A stretch of DNA of 64,000 nucleotides, taken from IMG/VR virus record IMGVR_UViG_3300027759_000045, positions 1-64,000 of that record; one strand, written 5' to 3'. The translations under genes and the position numbers were made by a program. Positions 46,431 through 55,340 of the stretch are shown here, one piece after another (position 1 is the stretch's first letter; each line of letters opens with the position of its first letter). The notes beneath the pieces were generated by a model, which saw only the letters and a program-made list of their open reading frames with translations, was not told the origin of the DNA and searched no databases.

Positions 46431-46994
46431 ATGACACAAAAAATAAGTGAGTCAGAAAAGAAAAAAGAAGATTGGATGAACTCTAAATGGCGTCCGGCCA
46501 TGGGTTGGTTGTACATGTTTGTATGTTTCTTTGATTTTGTACTTGCGCCCATCCTTTGGAGTCTAGTACAGGCCTTATACAAGGGCGGAATTAATTTGCA
46601 ATGGCAACCACTGACGCTACAAGGCGCTGGATTGTTTCATATTTCCATGGGTGCTGTGTTGGGTCTTGCCGCATATGGCAGAACACAAGAAAAACTAAAT
46701 GGAGCAAACAATGGCGGAATCAACTTACCGCCAAATGTCGGTACAACATATACGCCACCGGGAGCAGTCACGCAGGCCGGGCCCGGTGCGTTTGGTGCAC
46801 CAACAGCAACAACAGTTACCCAGTCCTGGGGAACAACACCCATTGGTAGCGGGTTTGGAGGTTCATCCTCCGGCTTTGGCGCAGTACCGCCAGCACCAGC
46901 CGTATTCGGCAACGACTTTGGGGCACCAGTGGGTGTGACCACAGGATTTGGCGGCAAGCCGGCGCCTGTAATTCCACCATTCCCAGAACGCTGA
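46431..46994 (+). CDS. Putative holin (3TM/GTA-holin-like) with G/P-rich tail
   Basis: KWRPAMGW.Y, GAVLG..AYGRTQEK. Confidence 0.65.
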   Translation: MTQKISESEKKKEDWMNSKWRPAMGWLYMFVCFFDFVLAPILWSLVQALYKGGINLQWQPLTLQGAGLFHISMGAVLGLAAYGRTQEKLNGANNGGINLPPNVGTTYTPPGAVTQAGPGAFGAPTATTVTQSWGTTPIGSGFGGSSSGFGAVPPAPAVFGNDFGAPVGVTTGFGGKPAPVIPPFPER

Positions 46995-47620
46995 TGCACA
47001 TACAACTAGGCCAACGTCACATACACATAGTGCCACAACAGCCAGGCCATTTAAGTGGCATGTATGATAATGTGTTTTGGGAAGTTGAACTAGTTGATGC
47101 TCCTGATTGTTCGAATGAATTACTTCGCACAGACATCTGGGTTGATAATACAACATCAGCTATCGGCCACCAACGAAAACAGTGTCACGCAGATTGCAAG
47201 TCAGATATGTTGAAAGAAATATTACAGGTGCCTAGCCAACAACGTGCAGAATTTCTTGGTGCTGCTGCTCAGGCAGATACGGATACAGGCAAGGCTTATT
47301 TTAGAAAGCTCTGGCACAGAGATCTTGATTCCTATGTCAATTCCACTCGTACCGTAACTGTTATAAATCATGATGCTCCGGGATTTGCAATGGGTACTCA
47401 TTGTGACAACAATCATATTATTCTACAGATGATTGTTAATTTAACTGACAACGATACTGGAACCGAACTGTTTGATATCATTTCACCAGACCCCTACTAC
47501 ACAATGACCGGACAACGTAACAAAGGCATTATGTTTCTCAACGGTGCAGGCACACTGCACAATATACGCAATATAAATAAAGACAGGTACACATTATACT
47601 CGGCTGTAATGATTGGATAA
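46994..47620 (+). CDS. 2OG-Fe(II) oxygenase-like protein
   Basis: HCD, GT, LH, RYT motifs. Confidence 0.6.
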   Translation: MHIQLGQRHIHIVPQQPGHLSGMYDNVFWEVELVDAPDCSNELLRTDIWVDNTTSAIGHQRKQCHADCKSDMLKEILQVPSQQRAEFLGAAAQADTDTGKAYFRKLWHRDLDSYVNSTRTVTVINHDAPGFAMGTHCDNNHIILQMIVNLTDNDTGTELFDIISPDPYYTMTGQRNKGIMFLNGAGTLHNIRNINKDRYTLYSAVMIG

Positions 47621-47637
47621 AATAAAGGAAAAACAAA

Positions 47638-47850
47638 ATGAAAAAAATCGTATTAGCATTAGCATTGGCCCTAGGTAGTCAATTTGCAGTGGCCGAAGAA
47701 CCAAAAGAAAAAACACGAGTTTGTGTTGATGTCAAAGACAAAGAAGGCCGGGATGTAATTGATCCAAAAACCAAAAAAGTCAAACAAAACTGCAAAGAAG
47801 TCAAAGTACACAAGAAGCTAGAAGGACATGAAGTTCCTGTTAAGAAGTAA
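47638..47850 (+). CDS. Small secreted protein
   Basis: Signal peptide, two Cys, Lys-rich. Confidence 0.65.
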   Translation: MKKIVLALALALGSQFAVAEEPKEKTRVCVDVKDKEGRDVIDPKTKKVKQNCKEVKVHKKLEGHEVPVKK

Positions 47851-47899
47851 TTGACCCGACCCAATAAGTCCTGTATAATTAACTGTACAGGACTTTTTT
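47851..47899 (+). promoter_or_regulatory. Sigma70 promoter embedded in a terminator-like hairpin
   Basis: TTGACC-17nt-TATAAT; aagtcctgta/tacaggactt stem plus T-run. Confidence 0.65.
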
Positions 47900-47900
47900 C

Positions 47901-48677
47901 ATGATAGATTACTATTCAACGTTGGGTGTGAGCCGGACTGCCACACAAGATGAAATCAAACGGGCTTTTCGTAAGTTGGCCAGCCAGCATCATCCAGACA
48001 AAGGCGGAGACACTGCTAAGTTCCAAGAAATACAAGCTGCCTATGATACCTTAGGTGACAGTGCCAAACGACAACAGTACGACAACCCAAGGCCGCAGTT
48101 TAACAACTTTAACCAGCCAGGCGGACAACAGTTTGATTTTGACACAATCTTTAATGTATTTGGTGCAAAATTTGGGCATCAACAAAGACAGCAACCAGCA
48201 GTTAGTCGTGCAAACTTAACTATTACGTTGGCAGATGTGGCAACAGGTGGCAAACGTACAATCGGCATTGGCGCATCCACAGTAGAAATAGAAATTCCCA
48301 TGGGTATCAACGATGGTGACAGTGTTCAGTACCGGGGCATTGGACCACACGGAAGTGATCTTGTGATAACTTTTAGAATTGCACCCAGTCCAACATGGGG
48401 CCGACAAGGATCAAACTTGTTAACCGAACATGAAGTAAACATTTGGGATCTTATACTAGGCAGTGAAACCACAGTTAAAGACCTGCTCGGCAACGAAATA
48501 ACTATCGTTGTGCCAAAAGACACACAGCCCGGTGCCAAGCTACGCTTACGTGGCAGAGGATTGCCCGGGCGAACCGGGCCTGGGGATATGATTGTGCAAA
48601 TACAAGCAGTCATTCCCAAAGACATACCACAGGATCTGTTGGACATGATACAACAAAAACGAACAAGTATCACTTGA
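47901..48677 (+). CDS. DnaJ/CbpA-like J-domain protein
   Basis: DYY..LGV, HPD, F.EI..AY..L; no Zn finger. Confidence 0.9.
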   Translation: MIDYYSTLGVSRTATQDEIKRAFRKLASQHHPDKGGDTAKFQEIQAAYDTLGDSAKRQQYDNPRPQFNNFNQPGGQQFDFDTIFNVFGAKFGHQQRQQPAVSRANLTITLADVATGGKRTIGIGASTVEIEIPMGINDGDSVQYRGIGPHGSDLVITFRIAPSPTWGRQGSNLLTEHEVNIWDLILGSETTVKDLLGNEITIVVPKDTQPGAKLRLRGRGLPGRTGPGDMIVQIQAVIPKDIPQDLLDMIQQKRTSIT

Positions 48678-48731
48678 TATATAAAACAAATTGCTGTATA
48701 ATAATATATACACGAACTATAAAAGGAACCG

Positions 48732-51020
48732 ATGCAAAATAATCCTGAAATTGAAAAAATTGTCAACAATGCTGTGGCCATTGCAAAAGCTCACAATCAT
48801 GCTTATGTGATAACCGAACATGTACTGATGGCAATGATTCAACACGCACCATTTCGAGCATTGTTGGTGAAATATGGCACAGCCGTTGAACAGTTCGAAG
48901 GCGAACTAAGTGCATATATTCTAGCGCAGGTTAGTTTAATAACCAGCAAAGAAGATGTTACACCTCGCAAAACCAATGGCCTTGAGCGCATGTTTAATCG
49001 TGCGCTGACACAGGTACTGTTTACCGGACGCAGATCAATCACATTGCTGGATCTGTACCTGGCCATGATGGCAGAAAATAACAGCCATGCACATTACTTT
49101 TTGTTGAAGTATGGCGTTCACAAAACTGAATTTGCTGAGTTCTATCAGAAAAATCATGCCTCTGCCTCTAAAGAGTTGAGCAATGAAACTGCAAACGAAA
49201 TCCTGGATCAACACTGTACAAATCTAAGCAAACGAGCTGCCGACGGACAATTAGAACCCATGATCGGCCGGGCCGCAGAACTGGAAGAAATGATCACTGT
49301 GTTGGCTCGCAAGTTCAAGGCCAACGTGCTGATGGTGGGCGATCCTGGTGTGGGCAAAACTGCCATCATTGACGGACTAGCACAGGAGATCAACGCTGGC
49401 CGTGTTCCAGAGTTTCTTAAAGGTTCTGAAGTTTGGGGATTAGAGATTGGTTCGCTGTTGGCTGGCAGCAAATACCGTGGTGAGTTTGAAGAAAAGTTCA
49501 AAGACGTTATCTCTGCACTGGAAACTAAAAAGAACTGTGTGCTGTTTATCGACGAAGCGCACACCATGATGGGCGCAGGAACTTCGGGATCAAGCAGTTT
49601 AGACTTTGCCAACATGATCAAACCAGCAATTACCAAGGGCAACATCAAGGTAATTGCGAGTACCACATGGGAAGAATACTACGAGAGCTTTGAAAAAGAT
49701 CGTGCGCTGATGCGCAGATTCCACAGAGTCAATATTGGTGAGCCTGATTCAGCCACCACAGAGCAAATTCTAATTGGCATTAGCCCGCGTCTAGAAACAT
49801 TCCACAATGTACTGATTGACACAGAAGCAATGACAGCGGCTGTGGAATTGAGTGGACGCTACATTCATGATCGTAAGAATCCTGACAAGTCAATCGACCT
49901 GTTGGATGGCGCCTGTGCTGGAGAGCGTGTGAAAGACCTGGGCACAGTTACCATCAACCGTGACATGATCATGGCGCAACTCAGTCGTGTTACCGGAGTT
50001 CCTTTAGATAGATTGCAAAACGAACGCAGTACCAAGGTTACCGAGCTGGAAGGTAACATCAAGCAGTTCTTATACGGGCAAGACCAAGCCATTGACACTG
50101 TGCTAGAACGTATCTACATCAACTTCTCCGGCATTGGCAATGCTAAAAAGCCTGTGGCCAGTTTCTTGTTCCTGGGTCCAACCGGCACAGGTAAAACAGA
50201 ACTGGCCAAACTGCTGTCGCAAAATCTAGACATGCACCTGTTGAAATATGACATGAGTGAGTTCCAAGAGAAGCACAGCATTGCCAGTTTGATTGGTGCC
50301 CCTCCTGGATACGTGGGCTTTGATGACGGCAACGTGGGCGGCGGCAAGTTGATCAGCGACATTTCCAAGCACCCGTTCAGTATCCTGTTGTTTGACGAAA
50401 TTGAAAAGGCACACCCAGATGTGGTCAACATCATGTTGCAGATGCTGGATGAAGCCCGGATCACTGGCAGCAGTGGCAAGTCAGTGGATGTCAAGAACTG
50501 TATCATTATTATGACCAGTAACCTAGGTGCCAGAGACAATGAAAACAACAACATCGGCTTTGGTCAGTCGTTAGAAAAGACCGGCGAAGAAGACCGTGCT
50601 ATGAAAGAGTTCTTCAAGCCGGAACTGCGCAATCGCATTGACAAGGTGTGCAAATTCAACAAGTTAGACAAGCTAGCCATCAAGAAGATTGTGGTCAAGT
50701 TCACAGCAGAGTTACAAGAAACACTGTTGAACAAGAACATTCGTCTTACATTTGCTGAAGATGTGATCGACATGCTGGCAGACAAAGGCTACGATCCCAA
50801 GATGGGTGCTCGTCCATTGGGTCGCAAGATTGACGAACTGATCCGTGTACCACTTAGTAAGCGTATCTTGTTTGATCAAATTGCTGACTGTGCAATTCAT
50901 GCCAGTATGGTCAATGATACAGTGGAATTCACAACCACATCATTGCTGACTGTGCCTGGCCCAGGCGTCAACGACGAAGGATACATTGTAATTGATCAAT
51001 TTACACCCAACATTCAATAA
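48732..51020 (+). CDS. clpA: ClpA-like ATP-dependent chaperone
   Basis: Two AAA+ modules (GDPGVGKT, GPTGTGKT), KYRGEFEE, IGF loop, no ClpB middle domain. Confidence 0.88.
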   Translation: MQNNPEIEKIVNNAVAIAKAHNHAYVITEHVLMAMIQHAPFRALLVKYGTAVEQFEGELSAYILAQVSLITSKEDVTPRKTNGLERMFNRALTQVLFTGRRSITLLDLYLAMMAENNSHAHYFLLKYGVHKTEFAEFYQKNHASASKELSNETANEILDQHCTNLSKRAADGQLEPMIGRAAELEEMITVLARKFKANVLMVGDPGVGKTAIIDGLAQEINAGRVPEFLKGSEVWGLEIGSLLAGSKYRGEFEEKFKDVISALETKKNCVLFIDEAHTMMGAGTSGSSSLDFANMIKPAITKGNIKVIASTTWEEYYESFEKDRALMRRFHRVNIGEPDSATTEQILIGISPRLETFHNVLIDTEAMTAAVELSGRYIHDRKNPDKSIDLLDGACAGERVKDLGTVTINRDMIMAQLSRVTGVPLDRLQNERSTKVTELEGNIKQFLYGQDQAIDTVLERIYINFSGIGNAKKPVASFLFLGPTGTGKTELAKLLSQNLDMHLLKYDMSEFQEKHSIASLIGAPPGYVGFDDGNVGGGKLISDISKHPFSILLFDEIEKAHPDVVNIMLQMLDEARITGSSGKSVDVKNCIIIMTSNLGARDNENNNIGFGQSLEKTGEEDRAMKEFFKPELRNRIDKVCKFNKLDKLAIKKIVVKFTAELQETLLNKNIRLTFAEDVIDMLADKGYDPKMGARPLGRKIDELIRVPLSKRILFDQIADCAIHASMVNDTVEFTTTSLLTVPGPGVNDEGYIVIDQFTPNIQ

Positions 51021-51666
51021 TGTCAGTAAAGATCGGTTGTTTTACGATCAATACCGATACTGCATGACAGGTGAACTGCGTGAAGCAGGTTGTATGCGCA
51101 AACTTGATCATGCCGCAATTGATCATGTTGTGTCAGTGCGCAAAGAATGGACAGGTCGATTACATGATTACTATTCTTCAAATCGTGCTATCACAGATGA
51201 TGTAGTAAAAAATTTACACAACATGTGTGACGTGTTGATCAATACTAAACGGCAGCATAAATTAATAATAGAGCATGGCCAAATACGTGTGTACGCCAAT
51301 GAGCCCGAACTGTTCACAGAGATAATTGATCATGTACCAGGCCTTAAATATCCAGCATACACACAGGCTGTGATTGATCGCCCCAGAGACTCTATTCGTC
51401 TTAAAGAATCTGCATACTCACATCGCACATACCTGCGATCAGTTGTGGTAAACGATCAACAAAAACGATCAATTGGTCAACTACTAAGGAATCAAGAAGG
51501 TATCAGATTAAGTCCTGGATTAAAGTCCTGGGCATCAACTATCAGCTGGCGCGGCTGGACTGAATCGTATTACTTTGTGGATCACACGGATACAGGCTGG
51601 ATGACCATGTTGAGTTTGGTATATCCTGGCCTGATAAAAAACACAATTCAAATCATAAAAGCATAA
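50992..51666 (+). CDS. Hypothetical protein
   Basis: 224 aa ORF. Confidence 0.65.
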   Translation: MINLHPTFNNVSKDRLFYDQYRYCMTGELREAGCMRKLDHAAIDHVVSVRKEWTGRLHDYYSSNRAITDDVVKNLHNMCDVLINTKRQHKLIIEHGQIRVYANEPELFTEIIDHVPGLKYPAYTQAVIDRPRDSIRLKESAYSHRTYLRSVVVNDQQKRSIGQLLRNQEGIRLSPGLKSWASTISWRGWTESYYFVDHTDTGWMTMLSLVYPGLIKNTIQIIKA

Positions 51667-51676
51667 GTAATACACT

Positions 51677-51841
51677 ATGGCAAAAATACACGAAGAAATA
51701 GTTGTGATCAAACTATCAAAATTGGTCCGAGATACAGATGCTGGCACCGAAATTGCCACAGCTGACATTGTTACAGCCCTACAAAGCGTGGCAGAAGAAC
51801 TGGCTGGCACAGGTGTTGTGGTAGAAGCGGAACGAGCATAA
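51677..51841 (+). CDS. Hypothetical protein (54 aa; not in ORF track)
   Basis: MAKIHEEIVVIKLSKLV...; TAAGTA-7nt-ATG. Confidence 0.6.
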   Translation: MAKIHEEIVVIKLSKLVRDTDAGTEIATADIVTALQSVAEELAGTGVVVEAERA

Positions 51842-51842
51842 C

Positions 51843-52226
51843 ATGACTATCACAACGTTGACATTACTAAGCGACCTAGTGACCGGCACACCCAGCGGCA
51901 ACTACGATGGTAGCACTGTTGACTTTGAAAGCGATCCTGTTAAAGCAGTGGGCTACTATCAAGGGCAAGGCAGTTTAGAAACTGTGTTTATCACTGTGGA
52001 AAACTTTCCGGGTAAAATAACCCTGCAAGCCACACTGGATTTTGATCCTGCTGATGCCAACTGGTTTACAGTGTTTGAATATGGTGATGGATCTACGCCT
52101 GCAACTGACTTTAGATATCCGGTTAATTTGACCGGTAATTTTTCCTGGTTAAAAGCAGTGGTAACCAGCTTTGAAGAATACGAAAGCGGACTGGCTTACA
52201 TCAACAGTGTGACAGTTTCGTACTAA
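51843..52226 (+). CDS. Putative structural beta-sandwich protein
   Basis: KAVGYY, G...LQATL..P...WF, N.TGNF.W. Confidence 0.55.
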   Translation: MTITTLTLLSDLVTGTPSGNYDGSTVDFESDPVKAVGYYQGQGSLETVFITVENFPGKITLQATLDFDPADANWFTVFEYGDGSTPATDFRYPVNLTGNFSWLKAVVTSFEEYESGLAYINSVTVSY

Positions 52227-52235
52227 GGAATAATT

Positions 52236-52670
52236 ATGGATAAAATAACAGTCTCTTTTGACCTCACCTCCTCTGACTATGCCGCCGTGCTGGGATTTGA
52301 AGTGTTGCTTGATGATGTTTTGCTACTTTCAATTGATCACGTGACAGAACCAATGCCTGTGAGTTTAGAAATTCTCGATGATGAAACTGAGCACGAGTTT
52401 AAGTTTGTAATGAAAAACAAAACTCCGGAGCACACAGTTGTAGATGACAATGGTAATATTACCAAAGACGCAATGTTGTCCATTGCTAACGTAGCATTTG
52501 ATGACATTGAACTGGGTCAGGTGTTTGTTGACCAAAGTGTGTACCATCACAGTTTTAACGGATCACAAGCACCTATCGAAGACAAATTCTTTGGAGATAT
52601 GGGCTGTAATGGTCATGTTAGTTTACCGTTTACAACACCAATTTACCTGTGGTTGCTAGAAAACATGTAA
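52236..52670 (+). CDS. Hypothetical protein
   Basis: MG.NG...F.TPIYLWLLENM C-terminus. Confidence 0.65.
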   Translation: MDKITVSFDLTSSDYAAVLGFEVLLDDVLLLSIDHVTEPMPVSLEILDDETEHEFKFVMKNKTPEHTVVDDNGNITKDAMLSIANVAFDDIELGQVFVDQSVYHHSFNGSQAPIEDKFFGDMGCNGHVSLPFTTPIYLWLLENM

Positions 52671-52686
52671 GCATAAATATGCTATA

Positions 52687-53442
52687 ATGAATTATCTAGT
52701 AATTTACCCAGGACGTTTTCACCCATTCCACAAAGGTCACAAGGCCAGTTATGATTGGCTGAACAAACAGTTTAGCAACGACAGTGTTTTTATTGCCACC
52801 AGTGGTGTACAAGCACCTGTTACAAGTCCGTTCAGTTATTCCGACAAAGTAATGATGATGACCAAACTGGGCATTCCTGCTGGTCGCATTGTCAACGTAA
52901 AAAATCCATATCAAGCTGTTGAAATTACCAGTGCTGTTCCCGATGAAGAAAAGGCCAACACAGTATTGGTGTTTGCTGTGAGTGCTAAAGATGCAGAACG
53001 TTTTAATTTTGCTCCTAAAAAAGATGGCACCCCTGGGTATCTACAACCATTGCCTAAAAATAAAAAGTCAATAAAGCCCATGACCAAACATGGCTACGTT
53101 GTGATCACTCCCACTATCAACTTTCGAGTAAATGGCGTAGATGCCAACTCTGCATCCGAAATACGCAAAATGTATCTCAAAGGCAACGACCGTGACAAAG
53201 ATCAAGTGATTGCTGATTTATATGGTCAACCAGATTTGGCAATTCGCGCAGTGTTTGATAAGAAATTGGGCATTTCGGAACAGGCCCAAAACTATATTCG
53301 CGAAGCCAGGCAATTTGGCAATGTCAAGGTTGTGGAATGGCTGGAGAATGTGTTACAATTAGAAAAACAAGTAAACAGCGTCCACGCTGATTTCGCACAC
53401 ATCAACCCTGATTACATAGACGAAAAAACATATAATCGATAA
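52687..53442 (+). CDS. HxGH cytidyltransferase-like protein
   Basis: YPGRFHPFHKGH, SPF, SASEIR. Confidence 0.75.
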   Translation: MNYLVIYPGRFHPFHKGHKASYDWLNKQFSNDSVFIATSGVQAPVTSPFSYSDKVMMMTKLGIPAGRIVNVKNPYQAVEITSAVPDEEKANTVLVFAVSAKDAERFNFAPKKDGTPGYLQPLPKNKKSIKPMTKHGYVVITPTINFRVNGVDANSASEIRKMYLKGNDRDKDQVIADLYGQPDLAIRAVFDKKLGISEQAQNYIREARQFGNVKVVEWLENVLQLEKQVNSVHADFAHINPDYIDEKTYNR

Positions 53443-53459
53443 TACTTGGAGTACGGAGT

Positions 53460-54314
53460 ATGAAGATAGCAGTAGCCAGTGACGTCCACCTAGAATTCGG
53501 TGACTTAGACCTAACCAACAACAACAACGCAGAAGTATTAATTCTGTCTGGAGATATTCTTGTGGCCAAGGATATCACACAACGTGACCCCAACGGAATT
53601 ATGGGACCAGAATACCGCAGTAATCGTTATCACGATTTTATGCAAAGATGTTCTGCACAGTTTCCACATGTGATTTACATCATGGGCAATCACGAGCATT
53701 ACAACGGCAACTTTGCCACTACAGAAACGCACTTAAAGAATGTGCTTGGGTACTTGCCCAACGTGTATCTGTTGGAAAAAGAAATTAAGGTCATTGACAA
53801 TATCACGTTTATTGGCGGCACACTGTGGACAGACATGAACAACGGTGATGGAATAACGCTGTATCACATGAAGAGTATGATGAATGACTTCCGTTGTGTT
53901 GCCAACAGCACAGCCCCGGTACACTTTAAAACACAACAAGGCGAATTCAAAACTCGTGTTGGCAAATTTAGTCCCGAAGATGCCATGGAAGAACATGTAA
54001 AATTCCGAGGCTATATTCAACAAATCATCGAAGGCAACCCAGCCCAAAAGTTTGTGGTTTGTGGGCATCACAGTCCCAGCAAATTGAGCACACATCCACG
54101 CTATGCAGATGATGTGATCATGAACGGTGGCTACAGTAGTGATATGAATGATTATATCCTGGATCATCCGCAAATTAAACTGTGGACACACGGGCATACA
54201 CATCACCCATTTGATTACCGGATTGGTTCTACACGTATCGTGTGTAACCCACGTGGGTATGTTGGCTACGAAGATCGTGCTGACGAATTTGAATTAATCA
54301 CCGTAGAAATTTAA
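53460..54314 (+). CDS. Calcineurin-like metallophosphoesterase
   Basis: SDVHLE, GD, GNHE, HH.P, HGHTH, CNPRGY. Confidence 0.9.
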   Translation: MKIAVASDVHLEFGDLDLTNNNNAEVLILSGDILVAKDITQRDPNGIMGPEYRSNRYHDFMQRCSAQFPHVIYIMGNHEHYNGNFATTETHLKNVLGYLPNVYLLEKEIKVIDNITFIGGTLWTDMNNGDGITLYHMKSMMNDFRCVANSTAPVHFKTQQGEFKTRVGKFSPEDAMEEHVKFRGYIQQIIEGNPAQKFVVCGHHSPSKLSTHPRYADDVIMNGGYSSDMNDYILDHPQIKLWTHGHTHHPFDYRIGSTRIVCNPRGYVGYEDRADEFELITVEI

Positions 54315-54364
54315 CCTGGGTAGGCAACTGGTAGTAAATATCTGACTAACTTTTTAAGGAAAAC

Positions 54365-55267
54365 ATGGCTGAAGAACAAAACGTAACAGGCAAAATGCCA
54401 GATGTTGTGCCCACAACAGAAATTCCATCAACACCACAACAGGTGGGTGGGCAACAACAGATACAAGTAAACATTGATTACTTAAAAACCACAAGAGTTC
54501 ACATTTGTATGCCATGTTACGGCGGTATGTTGACTGAGTCAACATTTATGAGCTACATCAAATGGTCAAACACAGCCCGCCAACTAGGCATTGACTGGAC
54601 CATGGAAACACTCACAAACGAAAGTTTGATCAGTCGTGCTCGCAACACCATGGTGGCCAAGTTTTTGGCCAACCCTGACTCAACACACTTGATGTTTGTA
54701 GATGCTGATATTGGCTGGGAGCCATGGCACCTGTTGGTCATGTTGAACCGTGACGTGGACGTTATTGGCGGATTGTACCCAATGAAAAGCCTGCCAATCA
54801 AGTGGTGTGTGAATGGATTTGATGGTGCCGAAGAAGGTGCAGATGGCCTGCAAGAAGTTAGTAAAACAGGCACAGGTTTCTTCTTGGTCAAGCGGCATGT
54901 GTTTGACAAGTTAAATGCACACCCTGCAACCAAGCCGTTTATCAACGACATTGGCTTGCCAGTGGAACTTAATCCCTATATGAAAACCTACTTTGACACA
55001 GCAGTGCGTGAAAATCGCTACTATTCAGAAGACTGGACATTCTGTGAAAACTGGCGTGACCTAGGTGGTCGTGTCTGGGTTGACAAACGTGTGTTACTAC
55101 GTCACACTGGCACATACACATTTGCACATGAAACACAAGAGAAACTGATCACTGATGTTACACCAATGGTTGAAGCACGACAAGTTGCCGCTAGAGCCGC
55201 TGCCGTGCCTGCGCCAGCTGAAACCAAAGTGTTGGCATCAAACAAAAAAGCCAGCAAAAAGAAATAA
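54365..55267 (+). CDS. GT-A fold (family 2-like) glycosyltransferase
   Basis: SLISRARN, FVDAD, GTGF.L, SEDWTFC, L.H.G. Confidence 0.75.
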   Translation: MAEEQNVTGKMPDVVPTTEIPSTPQQVGGQQQIQVNIDYLKTTRVHICMPCYGGMLTESTFMSYIKWSNTARQLGIDWTMETLTNESLISRARNTMVAKFLANPDSTHLMFVDADIGWEPWHLLVMLNRDVDVIGGLYPMKSLPIKWCVNGFDGAEEGADGLQEVSKTGTGFFLVKRHVFDKLNAHPATKPFINDIGLPVELNPYMKTYFDTAVRENRYYSEDWTFCENWRDLGGRVWVDKRVLLRHTGTYTFAHETQEKLITDVTPMVEARQVAARAAAVPAPAETKVLASNKKASKKK

Positions 55268-55290
55268 ACTGCTAGTTTAATTCCGATTCC

Positions 55291-55317
55291 AAAAGCCACT
55301 TTGCCCAGTGGCTTTTT
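55291..55317 (+). terminator. Rho-independent terminator
   Basis: aaaagccact-ttgccc-agtggcttttt. Confidence 0.85.
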
Positions 55318-55340
55318 CATTTGCGCTAAATATTACAATC

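Noticed and set aside
48732-51020. ClpB call
   Set aside because: No coiled-coil middle domain, and an IGF ClpP-docking loop is present
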